Shown piece after piece: positions 51,836 to 62,260 of a DNA stretch of 64,000 bases; positions within the stretch are counted from its first letter, which is position 1, and each line of letters starts with the position of its first letter. A program made the translations under genes and the position numbers. This DNA comes from Mobula hypostoma (lineage: Eukaryota): contig NC_086124.1 in assembly GCF_963921235.1 (NCBI RefSeq), positions 22,940,001 through 23,004,000 on the forward strand. The letters run 5' to 3'. The notes below the pieces were generated by a model. That model was not told where the DNA came from. It searched no databases and was given only the letters and a program-made list of their open reading frames with translations.

Positions 51836-54396
51836 GGGGTTGGTGGTGGTGGGAGTTGATCGTTCTCTTGGGCCTGACCCAAAGTTGTTCGCCCTCCTCT
51901 CCGCTGTCAGCCACATCTTCGGTCCAATTGGGCGCCACGGTAGCGTTGCGCGGCCCTATTACAGCTTGGTGTGTCAGAGTTCAATTCTCGCTCCGCCTGT
52001 AAGGCGTTTGTACGTTCTCCCCGTGATCGCTTGGATTTCCTTCGGGTGCTCCGATTTCCTCCCACAGCCAAAGACTAGTTTGCTGGGTTAATTAGTCATT
52101 GTAAATTGCCCCGTGATTAGGCTGGGGTTAAGTGGGTGGTTTGCTGGGCGGTGCGGCTCGTTGGGCCGGAAGGGGCTGCTCCGCGCTGTAGCTCTATAAA
52201 TAAAATAAAACTGTGGTCAGCTCGGCGTCGGGGGTTCTCGGACTGATCCTCTCGGCTGCCAGGACCCCACTCGCCCCTGGGGCCGGACACTGCTGAACCA
52301 AAGCTCAATGCAGACCAACATCCAGCAGCTCCTGGACCAGGACCCGATGGTAGAAGTTCCCCAGAGGTGGGGTGGATCAGGGGAGTGTGCCAACCTCTCT
52401 GTCTAAAATAACGCCTCCAGCTAGGGAAGAGGCTAGGTAGCATCCACGCCAAGACGACCAGACTGAAAAACAATTAGTCAGAGTGATCGGCACCTCCACC
52501 CATTAACCCATGCCATCACCCACTATCACCATTACATCCACAGCAGCCCTTCATCTCCCCATGCACTGCCAATATACGCTTACACTCCATACCTTATACC
52601 TACACGGACGCAGTCACTGCCTGCTGCTACGTAGAAGAGTTCCTCTCAATACCATAAGACACAGGAGAAGAATTTGGTCATTTGGCCCATCGAGTCTACT
52701 CCGCCATTTCATCATGGCTGAACCATTTTCCTACCTTCTTCTCGTATCCCTTCATGCCCTGACTAAACAAGAATCTATCAACCTCTGTCTTAAATATACG
52801 CAAAGATTTGACCTCTACAGCCGCTTGTGGCAACGTATTCCAGCGATTCTACTCTTTCTGGTGAAAGAAATTCCCCCTCATTTCCGTTCGAGAAGGACGC
52901 CCCTCTGTTCTGAGGTTGCGTGCTCTGGTCCTAGACTCCCCCATCATAGGAAACATTCTCGTCACACCCTTTCAACATTCGATAGGTTTCAATGAGGTCA
53001 CCTCTGGTACTTCTGCATTCCAGTGAACACAGGCGCAGAGATGTCAAACACTCTTCATGTGACAAGCCGTTCAATACTGGAATCATTTTCGTAAACCTCC
53101 TTTGAGCCCTCTCCAGAGTCAGCACAATTTGAGTTCCTCTTGCCAATAGTCGCCTTGTCAACTTTATCATGTCCTGTCAGTCACCTTATGTTCAGATACT
53201 GCGCCACCTAGCGTCACTTCACGATACAGTCTGTCTATAAGCTAATCTTATGTACATAACTAACAAGGCTTTTTGTGTTTTGTGTTTTTTTAATGTTGAT
53301 CGGATCCGGAGTAACAATCACTTCCTTCTCTCTTACACTGGTGTACTGAAGAATCACAATAAACAATCTTGAATCTTGAGCCTTTAATGACATCACCGGT
53401 TTTTATTTCTCAGCGAGAGACCATCTGGGCCGTGTCGCCCAAGATGCCCATCCAGGCTATTTACCAGAGACCCCTCGGTGAATGGGAGGGGTCTATGGCA
53501 TAAAAAGCTTGGGAGCCCCTGCTCCAAACCTTTCCTATCCATGTACCCGTCCAACTGCCTTTTAAATGTCGTTATTGTACATGCTTCAACCAGTTCCGCT
53601 GGCAGCCCGTTCCAGACTCACCACTCTCTGAGTGAAGTTGTTCTGTCTCAGGTTCCCTTTAAACATTTCACCTTTCACCCTTAACCTGTGACCTCTAGTT
53701 CTAGTCTCACGCCAGAGGAAAATGTCTGCATGTATTAACCCTATCTATACCAGTCCTAACTTTCTATACCTCTGTCAAATCTGTCCCCGTTCTCCAAGAA
53801 ATACAGCTTTTACCTACTCAGCCTTTGCCTATACACCAGGTCTTGGTTAATTTTCTCTGTATTCTATTCAATCTTATTGATATACTTCCTGTAGGTAGGT
53901 GACCAGGACTGTGTACAATATACCAAATTAGGTTTAATCAACGTCTTATACAACTTGAGCATAACATTTCAACTCCTGTACTCAGTACTCTGATTTATGA
54001 AGGCCAATGTGCCAAAATCTCTTTTTACGGTCCTATCCTACAGTGATCCCACTTGCAAGGAATTATGTATCTTTATTCCCAGAACCGTCTATTATGGCGT
54101 AACCCTCAGAATCGTGCCCTGCTTTGCCCTTGCAAAGTGCAACACCTCACACTTGTCTACATGAATAACAAATTACATCTGCTATTCTTATAACTATTCT
54201 ACTTGTGACGCCGATTTCAAGGGATTATGGAACTTAGTTCTGTGTAAAAATGGCATTTCTCTGCTCGGACTTTAGAACAGTGCGGTGATAGGGGGCCACG
54301 CTGTTCTTCTAGTGCACAAGTAAATAAAGTGTGTTTGCCAAATGGAGTTCGAGTTTTCAGTGTCCAGTTAAGCGGGGGTGACAGAGGCACACTCAC

Positions 54397-54579
54397 CTCT
54401 CCGAGGTGCCATGACTGCCAGGTCCTCCTGCACCGCCAGGCTGGCCTTGCGGATCAGCTTGCTCAGGCCCCCCTGAGCCTCCAGCTCCACGAAAGGGCAG
54501 TTGGACGCGACGTCCTGGCTGCCGGACTGGATCATGGCCTTGGCCGAGGCTAGCAGCGGTGACGGAAAGCCGCCAGCCC
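54397..54579 (-). CDS. ALAS2: ALAS2 exon 3 (third CP heme-regulatory motif)
   Basis: tttcag|GG GCT...AGA G|gtgagt; ..QDVASNCPFVELEAQGGLSKLIRKASLAVQEDLAVMAPRR; 183 nt, phase 1->1. Confidence 0.92.
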
Positions 54580-54639
54580 CTGAAAGACAAAACAGCTAGA
54601 TATTCGGACACCCAAGACTGTCGCTGCAGACTCCTCATT

Positions 54640-55450
54640 TTCTCCCCTGCCGAATAGGTTATCCACACCTCTGCTAGTTGAGAAAACTCCCATAATTCTT
54701 CCTTCTCCAATCGTCCCTCCCCACTGTGATGTCCCTCCCACCATGACAAGTGCTACACCTATACTCCTCCCTCACCTCCACCCAGAGCCCCAAACAGTCC
54801 TTACAAGTGAGTCGCCACTTCACCTGCAAGTCTGTTAGGGTCACCTACTGTATCCGGGGCTCCTGGTGCAACCTCGTCTACGTCGGGGAGAACCAACGTA
54901 GATTGTGGGAGGGAGGTGTCCAATTAGTCGAGCAGCTTCGCTCCGTCCACCACAATAGACGGAATTCCCCGGTGGACACCCATTTCAATCCCACTCTCCA
55001 GTCCAATCCCACTCTCCATTCCATTCCGGCGTGTCGGTCCATGGTCTCCTATACGGTCACGAGGAGTTCGCTCTCTAATACGAGGGGCAACATCTTGTAT
55101 TCCATTTGCTTAGACTCCAGCCTGACGACATGAGCATCGATCTCCCTAACTTCTGTTAATTTCTCCCCCTTCCCCCTCTCTTTTTCCATTACCCATTCTG
55201 GCTCCTCTCTCACCCCTTCTCTGTTCCCCACCTGTCTATCGCTTCACCCAATGCCCCTCCTCCTTCCCTTTCTCGCATGGTCCTTTCGTTTCCTCTATCA
55301 GCTTTCTACTTATTCAACCCTTCACATCTTCCATAAATCACCTCCCAGCTTTTTACTTCAATACCCCTTCCCCCACCCACCCTCCTTCCCCCCGACCTGG
55401 CTTTCCCTATCACCTTCCTGCTTGTACCTCAACCCCATTCTCTCCTCTGC
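54640..55450 (+). mobile_element. Penelope-like element fragment (GIY-YIG endonuclease region)
   Basis: PKQSLQVSRHFTCKSVRVTYCIRGSWCNLVYVGENQRRL..EQLRSV; decayed. Confidence 0.7.
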
Positions 55451-55470
55451 CCTCCCCCTCCTTTCCGATA

Positions 55471-56070
55471 GGGGGAGCTCCACCCTGTGTCTGACTCCAG
55501 GAATGAGTTATGGGACGGTGTAGAGGAAACTTCAATCAGTGTCTGACGCCGGGATGTGTAATGGAACGGTGCAGAGGGAGCTTCACTCTGTGTCTGACCC
55601 CAGGAATGTGTGATGGGGCAGTGAGGGTGGAGATTCACTTTGCGTCTGACCTCTGGAGTGAGTGACAGGATATTGTGGAGGGAGCTTCACTCCGTTTCAG
55701 TCCCCAGGACTGTGCGATGAGACAGGGTAGAGGGAGTTTTACAGTGTGTCTGACCCGGGGATATGCGATTGGACAGTGTAGACAGAGTGTCACTCTGTGT
55801 CTGACCCCGGGAAAGTCTGATGGGACGGTGTGGAGGGAGCTTCACACCGTGTCTGATCCCGGGAGTGTGAGACGGGACGGTGTAGAAGGAGCTTCACACC
55901 GTGTCTGATCCCGGGAGTGTGAGATGGGACGGTGTAGAGGGAGCTTCACACCGTGTCTGATCCCGGGAGTGTGAGATGGGACGGTGTAGAGGGAGCTTCA
56001 CACCGTGTCTGATCCCGGGAGTGTGAGATGGGACGGTGTGGAGGGAGTTTCATGCCATGTCTGAGCCTGC
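55471..56070. repeat. 52-bp minisatellite (gggagtgtgagatgggacggtgtagagggagcttcacaccgtgtctgatccc), about 11 copies, ALAS2 intron 2
   Basis: Unit starts at 55861, 55913, 55965 and 56017 (period 52); copies further left are more diverged. Confidence 0.9.
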
Positions 56071-56177
56071 CCAGGGATGCTGGCGACTGCATCAATCGGG
56101 TGTTGAAGATTGTCAAGAGGTGCGGTATCGTATTGTTGAACGGTGCCATTAGGACTCCCCCTCCCCCCCACGTTTAC

Positions 56178-56349
56178 CAGATGATTCCTTCTCCTTGGCC
56201 CACTGCAGGTTGAAAATGGAGGTGGCCACGCCGCGGGACATCACGGGGCAGCGCTGAGCGTAGACAGCCAGCGAGGGTCCCGCCTTCTGCATGAAGATCC
56301 GAGGAACTCGGAGCAGAAAGGGGCAGGTGTGGGCGAAGAACCCCATCAT
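56178..56349 (-). CDS. ALAS2: ALAS2 exon 2 coding part (mitochondrial presequence, two CP motifs); exon begins at 56359
   Basis: ttgcag|gtcagagctgATGATGGGG...TCT G|gtaaac; MMGFFAHTCPFLLRVPRIFMQKAGPSLAVYAQRCPVMSRG... The second ATG (56346) has the stronger Kozak context. Full CDS 1809 nt, 602 aa. Confidence 0.93.
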
Positions 56350-57109
56350 CAGCTCTGACCTGCAAAACAAAGGCACGGAAACTGGAACCAAGTGACTAGT
56401 GTGTGCGTGACTGCGTGAAAGTGATTGCGAGTCTGTGTGAGTCTGTGTGTGATTGTAGTCAGTATGAATGTGCGTAAGTGAATGAGTGTGTGTGTGATCT
56501 CAATGTCTGAAAGTCTGAAACTGTGTATGAGAGAGTGTGAGTGTGTGTGCGTGTGAGTGTGTGTGATTGTGTGTATGAGTGTGTGTGTGAATGATTGTGT
56601 GTAAGTGAGTGAGTGTGAGAGTGTGTATGAGTTTGTGTGTGTGAGTGAGTGTGAACGAGTGTTTGTTAGGATCAGGTTTGTTATCACTGAAAAATATATG
56701 TTGAGAAATATGCTGTTTCGTGGGAGCAGTACAGTGCCATATTGAAGTTGCTATGGTAAATAAACAAACAAACAAACAGATAGTGAGATAGATCAATAAA
56801 TAAATAGCGCCAATTAAGACTAGTGTGGTTGTGTTCATGGGTTCATTATCCGTTCAGAAACCCGATGGCGATTTTCCTGAAACGTTGACTGTGTGCTTTC
56901 AGGCTCCTGTAACTCCTCCTTGGTGACAGCAATGTGAAGGGGGCATGTCTTGAGTGATGGGGGTCCTTAATGATGGATGCCGCCTTTCTGAGGCATCACG
57001 ATTTGAAGCTGTCCTCGCTACTAGTGCTCATGATGGAGCAGGCTTGAGTTTACGACCCTCTGCAGCCTCTTGTGATCCTCTGTGTGTGCATATGCGTGTC
57101 TCAGTCTCT

Positions 57110-57145
<36 letters not shown>

Positions 57146-57851
57146 ATGTGTGTGTGTGTGTGTGTGTGCGTCTCAGTCTGCGTGTGTGTGTGTGTCTCAG
57201 TCTGGTCTGTATACCATAAGACTATAAGATATAGGAGCAGAATTAGGCCTTTTGGCCCAATGAGTCTGTCCACCATTTCATCATGCCTGATCTATTTCCC
57301 TCTCAGAGCCAATGTCCAACTTTCTGTCCATAATCTTGGATGCTGTCATAAATCTCTTCCTTAAGTATACTGAATGAGTTGGCCTCCACAGCCACCAGTA
57401 GCAAAGAATTCCACCGATTCATTACTCTCTGGCTGCAGAACCCCCCCCCCCCCCGCCCCTCATCTCCGTTATAAAAGGACAGACCTCTATTCTGAGGCTA
57501 GGGTCTCTGGTCTTAGACTCCCCACCATAGAATGCACCCTCCAGTCTCCACAATTACTCTTTCGTGGTCCTTCAACATCCGGTAGGTTTCAATGAGACCG
57601 CCCTCACCCCCGTTATTCTTTTGAGATCCGGCGAGTACAGGCTCAGAGACATCAAACGCTCCTCATAGTAATAATAATGACCATATATGATACGTCTTTG
57701 AATCCCGGTATATTTATATGCGTTTGTGTGTGTGTATTTGTATCCCTAAGTCTGTGTGTTTGTTTTGTGTTGATATGTGTGTATATGCTTTCCCCAGCGT
57801 GCGTGGCCTTGTCTCTGACTGTACGTGTGTGTGTGTGTGTGTGTGTGTGTG

Positions 57852-57892
<41 letters not shown>

Positions 57893-59484
57893 GCGCTCGT
57901 CCGTGTGCACGAGGAGTCTTCATACGTCTCTGTGACCCTGTGGGTGGTGGAGGGGACCTAGTTCGGGGAGTCGGACCTCTGACCAGAGAGATCGACGACA
58001 GGGCCCCAAAAGAGGCACTGGGGCAGTGAAGAACACACCACCCCATGAAAGGGTCTTCAGTACTGAATCCGTACCCCACCTCCCTCCAGCCGAATAACAC
58101 CTTCACATCTAACCCTCAGGGAAGACAGGTCACTCTCACATCTAGACATTCAAGCTGATTTATCTTACGCATTTAAACTAATTCCAATTGAATGGCCCCC
58201 ACCCTCCAGGTTACGCTCTCTTCTCGCTGCTACCATCAGGAAAGAGGTCCAGGAGCCTTAGGTCCCAAACCACCAGGTTCAGGAACAGTTACTACCCTTC
58301 AATCTTTGAATGCACAACGCATCGAGCCTTGAAGTAGATGGGCTACAGCGGCGGAAGGCTACGCCGGGTTCCACTCTTGCACCTAATCAAGTGGCCATTG
58401 ATTGTAGAACGAGCTGCCAGATGAAGTGCTTGAGAGAGGTACATTAATAACATCAATATTAATAGCAATTGGACAGATACATGGATAGGAAGGGATACAT
58501 AATAAGAAAGGGTTAGATACTAATAAACTGCCCAGCGCCCAGTGTCAAACTGTCAGGCATCAGGCTTTGGAGGGATATGGGCTAAACGCGCGAAAATAGG
58601 ACTAGTTTAAATGGGCATTTTGGTTGGCATGCGCTCGTTGGGCCGAATGGCATGTTTCCATGCTGTGACTCTGTCACTTTCTGACCCTTGTCTCTGGGTT
58701 GGAACTGTTGTGTACGAACAGCCGTGTAGGACTGCAGCTGACAGGCACGCCCCTGACGCGGCGTCTGGGTGCCAGAGATAAGCCGAGACCCTCCGCTACC
58801 CCCAGAGTTTGCCTGGATTCTGCCGAAGGCTTCGGCCAGTGAGAGAGCTGCGGCCTGAATCCGACCAATAGGGGTGAGCTGAGCGACTGGGGAGACTCGC
58901 GGCGGCCAATCGCGTCTTGCAGCGTCGCTGTCGTCAGTCAGAGAGGCCGCTCGGGAGATAACCGGTCCTGCCAGATCAGCACGGACACAAGCCCTCTCGG
59001 CTCAACCTGTCAGTGCCGACCTCCCCAGCTTGTCCACTTGCCCGCGTTTCGCCCAACCCTTCCTATCCATGTACGTGTGCAAGCGCCTTTTAAACCACGT
59101 CCTTTGGCAGCTCGTTCCACGTACCCACCCACTACATGTAAACGTTGCCTCTTTAACTTCTACCCTCTCCTCTTAAATCTGTGCCCGCTACTTTTAGACT
59201 CCCCTCCATTGGGGAGAAAACTGTAACCTCCCTTCCCTTATCTAAACATCTCCTGATTTTTATAAACCACGAATTGCCTAATTCTACTCCTGTGCCTTGT
59301 GGTCTTAATTACAATTGCAGATCACACTTGACAGAACATATCTCGGTAGGCCAAAACACAGGCAAGTGGGATCAGCTCCCTGGTCGGCATTAGCGTGTTG
59401 GGCCGAAGGTCCTGTTTCTGTGCTGTTTGACTCTATAACTCTATACGTTAGCTCTGTACGTTGTATACTGTTTTACATATCTGA

Positions 59485-59785
59485 TGTTGGCCAAGTGGTT
59501 AAGGCGTTCGTCTAATGATTCGAAGGTCGCTAGTTCGAGCCTTGGCTGAGGCAGCGTGTTGCGTCCTTGAGGAAGGCACTTAACCACACATTGCTCTGCG
59601 ATGACACCGGTGCCAAGCTGTATGGGTCCTAATGCCCTTCCCTTGGACAACATCGGTGGCGTGGAGAGGGGTGACTTGCAGCAAGGGCAACTGCTGGTCT
59701 TCCATACAACCTTGCCCAGGTCTGTGCCCTGGAAACCTTCCAAGGCGCAAATTCATGGTCTCATGAGACTAACGGATGCCTATAT
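59485..59785 (+). mobile_element. tRNA-derived SINE with CORE-like segment
   Basis: A box tggccaagtgg, B box agttcgagcc, CORE-like gtccttgaggaaggcacttaac, (ta)n tail; atatctga present on both sides. Confidence 0.6.
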
Positions 59786-61983
59786 ATATCTGAGAGGGAG
59801 TACTTTTTACTTTTTTTTCTGTCTACCCCTGACGGGACTAATTCTGGCCGCACAGGACGAGAAATGACCCCAACACGTACCGCAGTAATTGCAGAGTACA
59901 GGCACCGGGGGTGTGAACTGCTTGGGAACTAGCAGAGCAGTGGGTCTGTGACCCACCCGGGACCGCAAGAGGTGACTCTTTTCCCTGCTGGTAGAAGCTG
60001 GAAGTTTTCTACGGAGAGGACTGAGACTGCTTGCCTCACGGCCGGGCATGGAGGGTCTAATTCACAGCTTCGCATGAGACCTCACAGGGTTGTAGACTTA
60101 TCTCGGGCCACAACCCCTCCCCCACCGTCGGGGACATCTTCAAAAAGCGATGCCCCAAGAGTGCAGCGTCCGTCACTAAGGACCCTCCCCATTCAGGGCA
60201 TGCTGTCTACACGCTACTGCCGTCGGGGAAGACCCGCACTCAACGACTCAGGAACAGTTTCTTCCTCTGAACGTTCTATGAGCCCATGAACACTACCTCA
60301 CGACGCTTCTTTCGCTATCGATCTGTTTATTTTTGTGATTTATAGTTCACAACGTACGTCAGTAAGTCTGGTTCTGATTCGGAATATCAGCGGTATCCTG
60401 CAGGGGCCAGTGAAACGCCACCGTACAGGTAGCTGCATTCCGGGCTCCGGACTGCCTCGCTTCGCTAACAGCCAGCTCAGACACTCCTCTCCCCTGCCCT
60501 CTGAGTCGGCAGCCTCAGCGCAACGGGGTTGGGGTGTGCGTGGGTGAAGCCCTGAGCAGCCTGCAGCCCTAAAGTACGCCCCCTTCATAGCCCTTATCCT
60601 GTGGCAAGGCAAAACCCCCACCATGACCGGGAGTCACTCTGTGCCTGTCTGGATAATTGCCTGTCAGGGCCTTCCAAAGGGTTAAAAGAGCTCTAACGCG
60701 TTAATAACGACTCGACTGACCAATCGAACCGTTCACCGCAAATGACGTAGTCTCCTACACGGAGTGGTAGAGTCACACGGCATGGGAATAGGACCTTCGG
60801 CGGTCGTTTGGCCACTTGTATCAGTAGTCCCAAATAGGACTATCTTGGGACCATCTCCTTGGTCGACGTGGACGAATGGGCGCGAAGGGTCTGTTCCGAT
60901 GTTTTTGATTCTATGACTATGCGTTCTTAAGGGAACTGCTATTCTGTATATCTGAGGGGATTTGTTTTTGCCTGCCACTGACTGGGCTAATTCTGGTGTG
61001 TCGTACAGGACGAGAAATGGTCCCAGTACGCACAGTTATTCTGGTGCACACGCACCGGGAGTGGACTGCGTGAGGACACGCTGACTACACGACCTAATCC
61101 TACTCGCTCGCATTTGCCCCCCTCACATCCCTCTGAACCTTTCCTATCCACCCACTTGTTCAAGATGCTTAAAGTATTGTTAACGCACCCGCCTCAGCCG
61201 CCTGCTCTGGCAGCTCGTTCCACACACCCGGCACCCTCTTGGTGAAGAAGCTGCCTCTCGGGTCGGGTTCACTTTGAACCTGTTGTAGACTCCCCGAACT
61301 TGGGGGTGGGGTGGCTGGCGGGCTGTAGATACGCCTCTATCAAAGGAGGTGCAAGGCGCTGCTTCCCTCCGCTAGCCTGCAGGTCACCCTTGGGCGAGGT
61401 GTAGCGCCTGCTTAGCAAATCCCCGCTCCCCGCACACACCATTCAGGGTCACCTGAGGCCGTGGGAGCAGGTGGTCGATGGTCGTATGAGCAGCCGGTGC
61501 ACATCACAAGTCCTGATTATTCGACAACTGAAGCCGGGCAGACAACCTCTGAAGATTATTGATAATGGCTGGGGTCACCCGCTTTGTAAAGACACTGCCC
61601 AGGAGAAGCCAATGGCAAACCACTTTGTAGAAAAATGAATTGTCAACAGCCACCACGGTCATGGAAAGACCACGGTCGCCTACGTCAAATGACACGGCAC
61701 ATAACGACCGAAAGAACCCCTGGGGGGTGGAGGGGGTAGACCATGACCTTATCGAAGCCCCTTACCGTTTTAATAAACCTCTATAAGGTCATCCCTCCAG
61801 CGAAAAAATCCCAGCCCTGTTTAGCCTCTCTTTATAACTTAAGCCCCCACTCCCATCCTGGTAACATCTGTTCCTGAGCCCCTTCCAGTTCCGGGGACGC
61901 CCTTGCTAGATCTGGGCGACCAGAACTCTACTCAAAAATCCCCAAGTGCGGCCTCACCGCCGCTCCGTGCCGTTGAAGCATAC

Positions 61984-62070
61984 CTGGAGGAGGAATCAAA
62001 GATTCGTTTCGCGATCTCTTCTTGTCAGTCTCTTGTTGTCCTACACTGAGGACGAACATTCAACATTGGG
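61984..62070 (-). other. ALAS2: ALAS2 non-coding exon 1 (5' end approximate)
   Basis: Contains the IRE and ends ctccag|gtatgc; erythroid promoter motifs lie immediately upstream; same architecture as vertebrate ALAS2. Confidence 0.85.
62034..62058 (-). promoter_or_regulatory. Iron-responsive element (IRE) in the ALAS2 5' UTR
   Basis: Minus strand UGUU-C-GUCCU-CAGUGU-AGGAC-AACA: CAGUGN loop, perfect 5-bp upper stem, unpaired C, 4-bp lower stem; closely resembles the mammalian ALAS2 IRE. Confidence 0.96.
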
Positions 62071-62099
62071 ACGGTGGGTTTTTCAACGATGACTAGTTG

Positions 62100-62260
62100 T
62101 TTTCGATGGGGGTGGGGTGCCCTTTTCCCTCGAGCAGGGATTGGTTCCCCGCAGAGGCTGGAACGGCTGAGATAAAGAGGTGGGGACAGCGGATAGAGGC
62201 GAGCGGTGCCCTGGTCGAGAGAGGATAAGGCTGCTGAGGAGAAGGTGGGGGAGGGGGTGT
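62100..62260 (-). promoter_or_regulatory. Erythroid-type ALAS2 proximal promoter
   Basis: Tandem CACCC (GGGGGTGGGGTG 62108-62119), CCAAT (ATTGG 62140-62144), GATA motifs AGATAA 62170-62175, GGATAG 62191-62196 and GGATAA 62223-62228. Confidence 0.7.

Noticed and set aside
55471-56070. CRISPR-like array (also considered for 46435-46575)
   Set aside because: Units are contiguous with no unique spacers, the context is a eukaryotic intron, and there are no cas genes.
35559-56349. Calling the synthase ALAS1
   Set aside because: The 5' IRE, GATA/CACCC promoter and ELMSEWERSYFG..QY C-terminus indicate ALAS2.
59485-59560. tRNA gene (also the heads at ~38010 and ~43045)
   Set aside because: A/B boxes are present but no complete cloverleaf is evident, and each continues into a SINE body.
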